A DNA stretch of 63,886 nucleotides, filler included, from Asterionella formosa (lineage: Eukaryota), in the NCBI GenBank assembly GCA_002256025.1. It is 7 parts of 7 records of this genome, joined end to end, with 100 filler letters (N's around TTAATTAATTAA, not from the genome) between each part and the next. Parts side by side here need not be neighbours in the genome. Positions count along the whole stretch, not along the records: positions 1 to 27,433 come from NKIB01001491.1; 6 more parts are not named here. One strand, 5' to 3'. How positions within the stretch are numbered: position 1 is the stretch's first letter; each line of letters begins with the position of its first letter. Shown piece after piece: positions 1 through 11,351 of this stretch. The position numbers and the translations under genes are program-made. The notes beneath the pieces were generated by a model. The model made no database searches and was not told where the DNA came from. It saw only the letters and a program-made list of their open reading frames with translations.

Positions 1-432
1 GTAAATTACCGGTATATTTGGTACTTCTATTATTCATGCTTGCCAACTAGTTAGTAAAATTGCTATCATTAGTGTACTAATTAGAAAGTCTATGTGTTCG
101 CAAATGATGATTTCGTATCCAAATGATTTGCTATGATTTGATGTAGATATACAATATCTATGTACATGTATGTGCATTTTTTACACATATTTATACATCG
201 ATATGTATATATCATTTCAGCAAAATAACCTTGCTTACCTGCTATTTAGGAAGGAGTACAGTACAGCATATTTAGCCACACTAATAATGCATATACCGGT
301 AACAACCGGTACGTTCTTTTCAAACGCCAAACGATTTCGTAGACATTCATTCGTGATCATTTTATGGCTTGCCGCCGCAGCAACAATCAAAAATAAAAAT
401 ATATATGCTTGAACATCCTTTTCCCTGATGCA

Positions 433-1647
433 ATGACACCGAAAGTCAGTTGCTTAATGATATCCAACGTAAAGACAGGTGTCCTCTTGATCATTGTTAT
501 TCTCGCTCTGCTTCAGCTGGGCACTCAGTTTCTGGAATATGTGCCGGTAAACTTCGCGACCTTCGCTAGCAAAACAACAACAGGAGTAAACACAACAAAC
601 GCAAGTGCCATGTGGAACATGAAACCTCCCGCCGAACCAGCAAACAGTGATTGGGACCATTGCCATACTCAGGAAATGATTGATAATCAATTCTGTATGC
701 CGTGGCCAGTGGAGATGGACTCGTGGTGGACACATCATCCAGAATGGGAGGTGTCGTTTGAAAATGACATTTGTTTCTGCTTCAGAAAGATGGCAAGCAA
801 TTCGTCGAGGCTCAAATTCCTTCGTAAGATTTACTATCTACAGTTCTCGGAATCCACAAATTGCTCCAACGCCCGCAGTCGAGATATGGTGCAACAGGGG
901 TTTGGTGCAGATACAAGAGAATTGGCTCGTTGGCTACTTAGTGGCTACCAGAATAATGCACCATTCCAACTGGTAGGTACTTGGAAATATGCAGTTAATC
1001 CTGACAACAAAGAAGAGGTCTGTTCTACTGCATCCGTATTTTGTTACTTCTTACCTCTGGGAAGGTGCACCGATGTGATTCCTGGGAATAATTTTACAAG
1101 TCCATTGAAGGCTGGTAGAACAATATCAATCGAAATGTCATGGTTGCGCATACATGCCATCCGACCTCAGCAGTGGTTGCGCAAGCGAATTTATGAGTAC
1201 ATGAAAGAACGTGTACCTTGGGAAAAGATAGACACACCATGTGTAGCTATGCATGTGCGGCGATCTGATCTTGCAAATGCATATCGACCCCGAAAGACCT
1301 TTCCAATTTCCGAATACATTGAAAATGTACCAGACTTGAAGTCAAAAAAAATTCTTAATGTCATGCTCTTCACAGATGATGCGGATGCTATTGATGAGGC
1401 TCTCAAGTATCACCCCGAATATAATTGGATGTTCCTGAATAGAACGAGGTACCGGGGAAGTTCAGCACCATGGGGAGTGCACATGCCAACAAATGATCCT
1501 GTGCTGGAAGTTGTGGCAATTTATGCCACCTTCCAACTTGCCAGATATTGCGACACTCTGGTTCATAATTCTGGTACGTTTTCTCTAGCAATTTATGACA
1601 GCATGTTGTCAACTGGACGAAACATCAAAAAGATCCTAATTGAATAA
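433..1647 (+). CDS. Alpha-1,6-fucosyltransferase-like glycosyltransferase (GT23/FUT8-like), type II membrane protein
   Basis: Intronless ORF with first ATG at 433. N-terminal hydrophobic anchor (GVLLIIVILALLQL), a GFGA loop, the donor-binding motif VAMHVRRSD, an acidic LFTDD motif, and C-terminal ARYCDTLVHNSGTFS resembling the FUT8-type 'CDxxVxxxSxFS' segment. Confidence 0.7.
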   Translation: MTPKVSCLMISNVKTGVLLIIVILALLQLGTQFLEYVPVNFATFASKTTTGVNTTNASAMWNMKPPAEPANSDWDHCHTQEMIDNQFCMPWPVEMDSWWTHHPEWEVSFENDICFCFRKMASNSSRLKFLRKIYYLQFSESTNCSNARSRDMVQQGFGADTRELARWLLSGYQNNAPFQLVGTWKYAVNPDNKEEVCSTASVFCYFLPLGRCTDVIPGNNFTSPLKAGRTISIEMSWLRIHAIRPQQWLRKRIYEYMKERVPWEKIDTPCVAMHVRRSDLANAYRPRKTFPISEYIENVPDLKSKKILNVMLFTDDADAIDEALKYHPEYNWMFLNRTRYRGSSAPWGVHMPTNDPVLEVVAIYATFQLARYCDTLVHNSGTFSLAIYDSMLSTGRNIKKILIE

Positions 1648-2046
1648 TATATGAAGGGTAATGGTGAAAGTATGGAATGCCCGGATGAAATGCACATGAA
1701 AAAGAAAGAACCACAAAGCTTTTTGTAACAGCGTAACCATGTGCAGCTGGAGACGAATGAAATGAACACTTTGATAAAAATTTTTGTTGTTGTAGAATCA
1801 ATGATGACAGTAATTAAACAATTTATAAGTATCGCCATCTCAGCCCCATTTTACTCGTTGAATATTTAAATATTGTCTGATATATCAGGTAAGAGTCTAG
1901 ACTACTGGCACATGACGTATCTGAGATCTATTTGTGGTGTATAGCAAGACCTTGTCATCCTTGCCCATGCAAGGGCTTCGAACAGGGGCACAAGATAGAG
2001 TTCGTTCGTTCGTTTTAAAGTCTTTTTGGTCAAAATGTTGTTCTAA

Positions 2047-2730
2047 TTACAATGCGTTCAATCTCGCCTTTAGGTCCGGCAGAGCTGCATCCAATGCCTC
2101 TTGTTCCGCCGGTGATAACGTGTCTTCTGCCACTGGCTTTTGCATTGGTGCATCCAATCCTACCAATTTGGAGTCCATTTCCACTCCCAGTTCCGCCAAA
2201 ATTTGCGACGTAATGTTATCCGCCTCGTCTTCCATCTCTTCATTATCAAAAGCATCAATCAAAGCATCATTCATCATTTCTTCCTTGACAGTCAACGTTT
2301 CATTCTGTTTCATAAATTCTCCCATAATCTTGGTCATTTCCTTAGTATCCACTGCCTTATTTGCCGCCGACATTGCCGTGGTGACACTCCCAATCGCACT
2401 TGCCGCCGCCACTTGCGACGCCATACTCGATGCATGCATCCCGACGGCTCCAATATGTGCCTTGGCAGCATATAATTTTTCTCGTTGTTGTCGGACAGCC
2501 ACTAATTGTTTGGCCAATGCCTTGAGTGCCGAGTCCTTGGTGGGGTTGACGCCCGGAGTCTTGGCGCGTTGCTTGAGTTCCAGCGTCACTTGCTTCTCTT
2601 GCTTGTCCAGTTCTCTAATTTCTCGATCCATGTCTCGTTGTGAGGACCTGACCTCTCGACGCGTTTCTTTCTTGGCAGCCATGGCAGCTTCCTTGGGGGT
2701 AGGTTTCTTTTTGAACAAACTATTCATCAT
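2047..2730 (-). CDS. VPS2: ESCRT-III subunit Vps2/CHMP2 (Snf7 family)
   Basis: 227 aa. Basic N-terminal half with RDMDREIRELDKQEKQ and LAKQLVAVR, acidic C-terminal half with EEMMNDALIDAF and QILAELGVE, and a C-terminal MIM-like DLKARLNAL. Confidence 0.9.
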   Translation of the reverse strand: MMNSLFKKKPTPKEAAMAAKKETRREVRSSQRDMDREIRELDKQEKQVTLELKQRAKTPGVNPTKDSALKALAKQLVAVRQQREKLYAAKAHIGAVGMHASSMASQVAAASAIGSVTTAMSAANKAVDTKEMTKIMGEFMKQNETLTVKEEMMNDALIDAFDNEEMEDEADNITSQILAELGVEMDSKLVGLDAPMQKPVAEDTLSPAEQEALDAALPDLKARLNAL

Positions 2731-4420
2731 TTGTAGTAGTTGTTGTTGTTGTTGTTGTTCTGTCGTGCGTCTATTCGTAGCGTCGTGTGTAGAACAAGAG
2801 AGGAGTTAGTTGTTTGTTGCTGTTCTTGTTGCTTATCACCAGTAGGTAAATGATTGTACCGTATTTTGGCTATAATATGAGCTACTTGTAATGTTTGTCA
2901 ACGAACGAAAGCATGAGAGAGAGAGATCAACACCAACACCCATCAACAACAGACGGTACGGTATTTTAACTACCCTCCTGTGTGGTCGCCCAACGCTTCA
3001 TTACACATAATGCAGCAACAACAACAACAACAAGAAGAAGAACAACAACAATACAAACAAGAACAACTAACAACACGACTTGATAGTCCAGAACAAAAAA
3101 ACAAGAAAACCCGCCGCGGCAAACACAACTACAATATTGTCTCGCTCGATTATCCTTTGCCTTTGGAATCAATACAAACACAGACCTATACAGGAATAGC
3201 CTTTGACAAGTTGTACTCACAACGATCAAGAGTAGTGCCGGTAAATGTTCCAAGAATACCGGGGTAACAATCTACCGGTATTTGTTGTCAAGTCAAGGGC
3301 GAGGATGGAATGTTATGACCACACCTACGACCCGGCGGTATTATGGTCTGTGCGTACCAGTATTTCTTACATGTACAAGCAATGATCCATACCGTTTGCT
3401 TGATAACGCACGACGGTGGTCCTCTAGCACTTCGATTACAGGCTACCGGTACATCATATTCTTTTCAGTTTTCAAACACGGTACCTGGTATCGGTAGCCT
3501 ACCGGTACTCCGAAACAACACTATACATAGACTCAATTCTTTATGATACTGGTATACTACCAATTGGTATTTTTCGAACATACCGGTATGTACATTTTAG
3601 TATGTAGAATAACAACAAGACAAGGCTACACGGCTACGATACCATACTTACCGCCTGTAGCTAGTATATATACTGGTACATATTTTTTTCATGATCATGA
3701 ACGAATAGGAAGCAGCAGAGGAAGACTCATGACAATGTTGATCAGCAGTACTGGAATGAAATACCGGTAATCAGAAATAGCAGGTGTTGAAATTCTTAGA
3801 TCGTGCACCACCAGCAATGATGCCATGACTGCAGACTAACTGACTAAATGGACTCACCAAAAATGACTATAGCTAGAGTTCTGGTGCCATAATAGTTATT
3901 GGCAATTCAGCAGTAGCACTGGTACTCTCACACCTTATTCCATCAACAATGCCAATGAACGCTTTTTGGGGGAGTGATGCTGTATATGCTCTAGATATAC
4001 ACATGATGCTGACTGACTTTGTAGCCTGCTCAGATGCAAGCAACAGAACAATACATTCCACAGCAAGCAATCAAAAAGAATAGTATGACAAAACCATCAT
4101 GATGGTTCTGCCAATGCTGCTGCTAGCACTGAAGGAGGATATCATTACTATGTTGATGCTCCAGGCAAACATGTCATTCTATTAGCAGTGTAAACAACCA
4201 TATTCATTTACACACAACATTTGCTTGCTTGTCACACCATGCACAACTTCCCAATTGCTCAGCCAACAATACTACTTCTTGCTTCCTGCATATGTCCCTA
4301 GCTTGTCTACACAGCAATAATAGTGTAGATGTGTCAACATTTGAAGGGTTCTGGTGGTGGTGCTACTTACTACCAATCTATTCTGCTTGATCAATAATTA
4401 TACTTTAGAACTTTCTTGCA

Positions 4421-4710
4421 ACTTCATTTTCTTAGATAAAGTACCCCACCTTTGATTTATCCTTCCATCATGCTATTGAATATTGCTTCTTTTATGGAAT
4501 CACCGCTGGCCTCAGAAGTTCCTGATGTTTTAATGCCAACCAATTGGCTAGAAAATTGGGGACACTGCTTGTTTGGATTTTGCCATAGTAGTGGTTTCTG
4601 GCATTCATCATTACGGAAAAATCTCCTTGATGGGTTGATGAGATATTTGGAAATTTCGGCAATATAACAAGAACTCCCCATCATTTCCCCCCTGGCTGGT
4701 ATTTAGTGAT
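4421..4710. repeat. Dispersed ~290-bp repeat, copy 1 (copy 2 at 10921-11220)
   Basis: Both copies begin acttcattttcttagataaagtaccccacctttgattta and stay alignable to ccctggctggtatt, with substitutions and small indels. Confidence 0.95.
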
Positions 4711-4714
4711 AAAC

Positions 4715-5145
4715 ACAAAGATCCGATTCTCTGCGAACTCAATTGTGATTTGTGCACTTCCATACATTGCAACAATGGATTCATAATCCCAGCCGCTAAA
4801 ATAAGAACCTCTCGTGCCGCAACAGCTTTGTTGATTGTGAATCATGTAGTTGAAGTGTCAGCACTCGTGTTGCTTCCTGAGTCTCCCATGCCGCAATACT
4901 CCCCAATATCCACAAGGATTGTTCATAAACGTCTGGATGTGACAAAAGCGATTTGAGTGTGGGAATGGCATCGGCATGCCGGAGTACAAAGTGCTGAGAG
5001 GCTGGCGACAACTGTGTAGGAAAGGATGCTGTTGTGGGAGGTAGTAGGTATGGGGACAAGGATGAAACTGTATTAGGACTAGCAGTGGTTGCCTTATTGT
5101 TGATGCTGCCCTGCGTGAATGTGGGAGGTACGGCTTGCATCCAAC
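4715..5145 (-). pseudogene. Importin-alpha/ARM-repeat gene fragment
   Basis: AIPTLKSLLSHPDVYEQSLWILGSIAA resembles the importin-alpha ARM motif EQAVWALGNIAG. After a frameshift it continues LAAGIMNPLLQCMEVHK. It ends at the dispersed repeat and no complete gene is present. Confidence 0.55.
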
Positions 5146-5789
5146 GAAGACATTAGTACTAGAAAATTAAAAAGAGTGTGGATCATAACCTGGAAAGTTC
5201 AATGGAGCAATGTTGAAACGATATAGTTTATTTAAATATCTACACATGTATACATTCTTTAATATATATAATAATATATTCTTTACTTAATAACATACAT
5301 ATTTATCGGAAGACTAAGCATCGTCCATCTACTGGTAATTTATTGGTGGGGGCTTGTATTCTGATCCAGGCCAGTCAGGAGGATTGATTATCATAATGGT
5401 GAGATGAAGCATCGGGCACGCCTCACTGTTTGATAATGGGCGCGCCCTGATATTAACAAATTATTATATCATGTGTGTTTTATAACACAAATATTATTTT
5501 GGCGATTTGATACATAACAACGTTGTCGCGCTCTGATAATCAAGCTATTATAGATTAATCAACTGACATAGTATATAAATATAACTTTAATTTAAAACAG
5601 TTATAGTTTCATAGCGATGCATCCTCTTACGTGTTAGGCAGCATCTTTAAAATAGAAAGCACTTGATCAATAAACAGAACGAACCCTGTAGAATCTGTTT
5701 TCTAGGAGAGCGATCCTAGATGCTTCCATGGGATCATTTGCATAAACTAATACAACATAACATAACGCATCATTCATTATCCATCCAAC

Positions 5790-7284
5790 ATGTCAGATGA
5801 TGAATATGAATATTATACAATTATGATGATCAGTTCGTGTTCTGTTTCTGCTAATTATTTTGATCATGGGGCCATGACTTCTTGACAAACTACTATTAGC
5901 TATTAGCTACACCTCCTGCTTTAGAATTTCTTACTCTGATGAATGTCATCTCATGGTTGCATGTTTAATACACACATCCAATATGCCCACAACAAGACAC
6001 ACGACAGGACGAAGAAATGCAAAACATGGGGGTCAAGTGGCACTGGAAAATGCATACCCGTATACTTCATTGTCCTGGACCCCCCAGTACATTTTTCTCG
6101 AGGTGGAACCAAACACCCAATAATTTTCTTATCACAGACAATTTAATATGCTAAAATTCTTTTTGTCCTCGCAGGCACTAGTATATAATTATTTAGCTAC
6201 CATGTTGCGATTCTTTTGTACATACAAAACACAAGAGAGGACAGGTAGTGGCTGTTAGCAGGTGGAGAATCCTTCATGCATCATGTTGTCGCAACCTTGA
6301 CCATGACAAAAATACGAATTATCTCCACGAAAATAGAGAACGACGCTTTGCTACTTGCTACCTGTATTAACAACGACATGGAAAATACAATTGTAAAAGA
6401 AGTAAAGTAATAACACTAATAATGACAACGAAAGTTGAGATCAAAGATAACAACATGAAGTCACGTTATTCTTGCGAGGTGAAGAACTCTCTCATTTTTC
6501 ACATCACAGAAATAATTGTCATATTAATACATCTCAAAAAATGTGCGCTATCCTGTAGAACTAATGAAATTAACTTAGGTCCAGTATTAGGGAAATTTCT
6601 TCATTGTCCTGGCCCCCCTTGAGTAAAATCAGTCAAATGCAGTCACAGCAGTGTCCATTGGGGGGGGGGGGTCCAGGACAATGAAGTATATGGTATTACA
6701 ATGCCAAGGGCCTCCGCAATTCAAGTGTAGAAAAGGCCATTCAGGCATTTAAAGAATTGTTGACAAAGGAACAACATAATCCAACCCTGTTGTCATTCAA
6801 GGCATTGAAACAACTTGTCAAACTACATATTCGACACGCTCACAAGGAACAGTACATTAGGGACTATCAACGCTTATTACAGTTGTGGCGAAAGGAGAGA
6901 TAACTCCCAATGCCATGGAAAAAGGGATGCATACCATGTTGGATAGGTTGCCATCAGAGGGGGCGGTCTATGATGCAACCATTACTTTGCTTCCATCCAA
7001 CAACGGGGGCATGTCCCAACAAATGACTATGGTTCAAAACAACGCTCAAATATGGACAATTGTGTTTCGATTCGAATCAACTTGCCAAGCTGCAAGTTGT
7101 CTTGAGAGACTTGTCCAAATTGGGAAGTAGTGGGAGTCATCAAATGGAAATTTATGCCCTAGAAATGCAATTGACAACACATCAAAAGGATTTAAAACAA
7201 GTTAGAAAAACGTTTGAAAATGCAATGGCAGTGAGAGGGGGGATTCCACGAACATTGGCACTCTTTCAAGAGTTGGGATGCTGA
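5790..7284 (+). pseudogene. CSN2: COP9 signalosome subunit 2 pseudogene (N-terminal part), interrupted by a MITE
   Basis: MSDDEYEY at 5790; VALENAY before the MITE and YYNAKG...FKALKQLVKL after it; NAMEKGMHTMLD; LWFKTTLKYGQL; MEIYALEMQL. Frameshifts near 6884 and 6990, TGA at 7024-7026 where R of RLWFKT is expected, and the sequence ends before the PCI domain. Confidence 0.85.
6063..6688. mobile_element. Non-autonomous TIR element (MITE) with TA target duplication, Tc1/mariner-like; family A copy 1
   Basis: Left end TA|TACTTCATTGTCCTGGACCCCCC at 6061; right end GGGGGGTCCAGGACAATGAAGTA|TA ending at 6690. Extra internal TIR-like copy near 6599-6618. No transposase ORF. Confidence 0.9.
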
Positions 7285-7535
7285 GTTTACGGACTTCTTG
7301 ATCACTACTTTCTGCTTGAATATATTGGGTCACTTCGGAGCAGAAACAAAGTTGAGCAAATAACCAGAAGGGTCAGGCGCTCGTGATGCAATATATTGAT
7401 TCAATCCATGTTTGGGGCATTCTGTCCTCCAGATGGACCATAGTCCCCGTTAGGGACGTGACAGCAGAGTCGTCGAAACAAGATATGTCAATTATTATGA
7501 AACGAATAAACTTGATTTAAAATTAACGCCCCAAT

Positions 7536-10292
7536 CTAACTATACACAACCTTTTGCATCAAAGAAGTCGATTCCTCCAATTCTTGTTGGAGCTGCAACC
7601 ATTCTTCTTGTGAGACCTGCATACCACTCAAAACCCGGCCGTATATTCTCGATACATCTGTGGACAAAACTGCGATAGCTGCAATTAATTCAGAAGGGGG
7701 GGCACATCCTTCTTCTATCACCAACGGGGTTTGGTCTGTCGAAGTCGAATTTACTGAATGCCTTGAGATACTAGAATTCTTTACAGGCGCGGCAACAAAT
7801 GAAAGCCTGCCCTCTTGTTTCGACCGCATGGTCGTTGTACCCAGAGCCTCCGCTCTGTCACACGCTATTTGCTCGTTGTCAGTAGTACTATCGTTGAGTC
7901 CAATAGAATAATTGGCCCTTCCTTCTAGCGGACCTTCTTTCCAACAGGTTAGCTCCGAAATTGTTTCATTTCGATTTACTCCTTCAGCCATTCCATTTTT
8001 TCGATTATCTTCGACTAGTTGCTCATCACCCTCAGTTTTTTCCTCGCGACCATTGATGGAAGTCGCCATTTTGCGGTTAGCCATGTCTAACAGAATTGAA
8101 TCTTCCTCTTGCTTTTTCACGTTGTCATGCTTCTTCTTCCGATGGTCAGACATGATTTTGCTTAAAATAATCTTTTCGCCACTCCAAATGAGTCTTAGTT
8201 TCGGAAGCATGAGACGAACCATCATGTTTAAATTGAAATTAAGGAAGATGATGACATGCATCAAAAAGGGTACGTCGGGAGGGCTTTCTGGGTCGTTACT
8301 TACAATAATTACAGCAAATGAGAAAGTTGATACAAAGAGTGTAGTGATTAAACCGGCAATGACCGACGACGCCTCGTTGAACAAGGAAGGTAACTTGGAC
8401 GAAATCCTGCCCTGCCACATGCAAGCAAACATTGCGAGAAAGGCAACAGCTGCTCCCTCGAAAGCGAAATACTGATCTGAGCCAGTTCCACATTCATAAC
8501 GACCAATGGACTGTGAACTATTCAAATCAATCCATAGGTTAGGAGGGATCAGGACAAGATCAATAATCTGGACAATCACTTGTGGCATGGTCACAGCTAC
8601 AATTGAGATCCAAAGCTGGATCACAGAAAAATTCTTTTTCAGTTTTCGAACCTTGGTTTTGGTAAATTTGCGCTTGAAAAGTGTTTTGCCATGGCCACCC
8701 TCCGAGCTGCCATGGGATGGTGGTTGGTTGGCACTTGCCTGGTCGCAACTTGAGGCGGATGATCTGCTCCATTGTGCAGCAATCCATTGGCGCATATTTG
8801 CTTTCTTCTCTTTCTTCGTTTTCACAGTACTCCAGTTCATTAAAGATCCCATAATTGTGTTGATTCGCAACAAGCGACTGAACACAATTGCCAGGACGAA
8901 CTGTGTAGGGATTAACGTCATTGGATATTGTAGGATACAATGCGCCTCCGAGGATGGCGAGAACAGGGCAGCGCTGGGAGTGGAAATGAGGGACGCACAC
9001 TGAGCAATGATTAAGAAGCTTCCTTGAGAAAGTTTCATAATTGGGTTGTTCCGGTGGGCAATCGATAAGCCAAGAAGTAAAAGTTGTATCATCCCAGTCA
9101 GACCAATAAGTACATATGCAATGATTTTCGACGCTGATTGAACCTCACGGATCTCAGGAGGCGCCTCAAACTCTAATGCTGCATGTAGAAGAACATTTGC
9201 CATATCAAATTTGAGCTGGACATCACTATTGTTCGCGAGGAAGAAGAGCAGAGAGGCTGTATCAACGTGGACATGGGATTTAATTAGACACATGAACAAT
9301 TTGTAAGGTGATAGCATTGTTCCACACTTACCGAGGGGAGTATAAGTTCCAGGCACGTAAACTGTTACGTGATCGTCAACGTGTATCACGAACTTTGTTT
9401 GTGTTGGGTCCGTCGTCACCAAATAGACTGATGAAGAAAGATTCGTATAATCTTCAATTTCAGTGTTATCCTTCTCCCGATGAGCGATCATTCCATCAAC
9501 GACGATGTCGTCATCAACTGAGTTTTCCGTGATTGTGTACTCGTAATGATCTATGTTGCTTTCTTCCTGATCATTTATGGCAAGCTCTCGTAACCGTAGC
9601 CCCCTTCGGTTTCCACTAGCATTTCCGCTTCCATCGTTCCCTGCCGAGTTCTGATTTTTCCCCCTTTCCATTTTACTCGTTTCGAAGATATCAGCCATGG
9701 ACTCCTGTGATGATTTCTTCACAATGGAATGATCTACACTCAAAGTCTGATTGACCCCCAGGGTGCTTGATGTTGAATTCGAACCCGAAGAATTCATGCG
9801 CTGTTGAACAGCTTTCAAAACATCATACGCAAACGGCGTGCAAAGCGTCCCGTCAGTTGGACAGAAGGATATCGTTGCTTCTATTCCCATACTCCCATCT
9901 TCCGAGAAGAAGTACGCATCCGCTGCAAGCCCGAAGTGCTCCCGAATTTGGTCAAGATCGATCGTTGCCGTAATCAAGTAATGATAGCTCTGACCGGCCC
10001 GAAGGATCTCCCCATTCAAGTATGCTGGTGGAGGATCGACCCGCAAATCGGTTCCATTTGGACAAGCGTTTAGTCTCATCGTTGCACCCGCGAGGAAATT
10101 CGGAACCAGCCCGTTAGCGAATGTCAAGCCCTCCGCATTCGATGACGAGGAATTGGTAAGCGTTTCGTTCTGATAAGGACGAGCCGACCAACAGATAGGC
10201 TCCGCACCAGCGGTGTTGTCATAGCCATCCGCAGTATATGAGCCACCCACATTAATTGGTTTGTCAACTAGTCCGTGAACGTGAACGGCCAA
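7536..10292 (-). CDS. Class C (7tm_3, GABA-B-like) GPCR with a large non-canonical extracellular region
   Basis: TM1 is followed by HRNNPIMKLSQGSFL; later CILQYP, SRLLRI and KLPSLFNEASSV, with LMLPKL after TM7, all typical of 7tm_3. In-frame 75-nt intron 9331-9257 (GTAAGT...CTAAT...CAG). The true start is unresolved and is probably the ATG at 10480 in another frame. Confidence 0.8.
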   Translation of the reverse strand: MAVHVHGLVDKPINVGGSYTADGYDNTAGAEPICWSARPYQNETLTNSSSSNAEGLTFANGLVPNFLAGATMRLNACPNGTDLRVDPPPAYLNGEILRAGQSYHYLITATIDLDQIREHFGLAADAYFFSEDGSMGIEATISFCPTDGTLCTPFAYDVLKAVQQRMNSSGSNSTSSTLGVNQTLSVDHSIVKKSSQESMADIFETSKMERGKNQNSAGNDGSGNASGNRRGLRLRELAINDQEESNIDHYEYTITENSVDDDIVVDGMIAHREKDNTEIEDYTNLSSSVYLVTTDPTQTKFVIHVDDHVTVYVPGTYTPLGKCGTMLSPYKLFMCLIKSHVHVDTASLLFFLANNSDVQLKFDMANVLLHAALEFEAPPEIREVQSASKIIAYVLIGLTGMIQLLLLGLSIAHRNNPIMKLSQGSFLIIAQCASLISTPSAALFSPSSEAHCILQYPMTLIPTQFVLAIVFSRLLRINTIMGSLMNWSTVKTKKEKKANMRQWIAAQWSRSSASSCDQASANQPPSHGSSEGGHGKTLFKRKFTKTKVRKLKKNFSVIQLWISIVAVTMPQVIVQIIDLVLIPPNLWIDLNSSQSIGRYECGTGSDQYFAFEGAAVAFLAMFACMWQGRISSKLPSLFNEASSVIAGLITTLFVSTFSFAVIIVSNDPESPPDVPFLMHVIIFLNFNLNMMVRLMLPKLRLIWSGEKIILSKIMSDHRKKKHDNVKKQEEDSILLDMANRKMATSINGREEKTEGDEQLVEDNRKNGMAEGVNRNETISELTCWKEGPLEGRANYSIGLNDSTTDNEQIACDRAEALGTTTMRSKQEGRLSFVAAPVKNSSISRHSVNSTSTDQTPLVIEEGCAPPSELIAAIAVLSTDVSRIYGRVLSGMQVSQEEWLQLQQELEESTSLMQKVVYS

Positions 10293-10920
10293 GGAGCTAG
10301 TACTAGTAACGACACCACCAACAAAAAGTCATAGAGGGCCGATTCACGTCTTGGAATCCCCCGACGCTTGCAGGGACGCTCGAATCGGTGAAGCTTATCG
10401 TTGTTATCTTTATTGTTCTTGTTCTTGTGGGTAATACTACTACTGCTGCTGCTGCTGCTACGTTTATTTGTTGTGTCCATTGTTGTTGAAGAGGAGTGGG
10501 AAGAGTAATAAGGAACAGAGTGCGAATCATCCAGAAAAAATACTTCTGGAGTAATTCATAGTATCAGCTATGTTATATGTGAAGCATGGAATGCATATAA
10601 TAGCAAAGCAAACGAGCGATAAATAATGAGTGTAGAGATTTACCAAATAAAGAAAGCTGGTGCTCGCTCATGTAGAATCGATACTACCTGCTGGTACAAA
10701 ATATGAAGAATGACTTCACAGTAGAGGCATCTTCTATGCTGGGAGTCGACAAAAAAACTCCGAAGCCCGAAAAGAAGCAAACTTAGAAAAAATGCTATTT
10801 AACTAAAATCGTTTGCCAGATCGAACGAAAAAGAAAGTGAGGTTCGCAAACGAACATAAAAATCAGGAGAGGAGCGTAATAAAACACTGTATATCTGGGG
10901 TTCTTGTTCTCTTACTTACC

Positions 10921-11220
10921 ACTTCATTTTCTTAGATAAAGTACCCCACCTTTGATTTACCGGTATCCTTCCATCATGCTATTGGATATTGCTGCTTTTA
11001 TGGAATCATCACTGGCTTCAGAAGTTCCTGATGTTTTAATGCCAACCAATTAGCCAGAAAATTGGGGACACTGCTGCTCTTTTGGATTTTGCCATGATAG
11101 TAGTGGCTTCTGGCATTCATCATTATGGAAAAATCTCCTTGATGGGCCAATGAGATATTTGGAAATTTCGGCAATATAACAAGAACTTCCCATCAATTCC
11201 CCCTGGCTGGTATTAGTAAT
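10921..11220. repeat. Dispersed ~300-bp repeat, copy 2
   Basis: Aligns with 4421-4710 and carries an extra CCGGTA after the TA at 10958-10959. Confidence 0.95.
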
Positions 11221-11351
11221 GGATCCAGGATGAAGTGGCATTTTGGCCATGCACCAATGTTGCTTGCCAAACCCAACAACACACCAAGTTACTAGTGGCC
11301 TCTGTTTGAGCAGCTAATTGTTGGATGCCAGCTCCTCTCTGATGCACAAGC

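Noticed and set aside
1934..2809. Long antisense ORFs over VPS2 (and similar ones over the GPCR, anoctamin, NUP58 and the PTKAP repeat)
   Set aside because: They are shadows of well-supported genes on the opposite strand and have no recognisable motifs.
2980..3267. Poly-Gln ORF divergent from VPS2
   Set aside because: Short, driven by CAA repeats and without a recognisable domain; it could be a gene remnant but cannot be supported.
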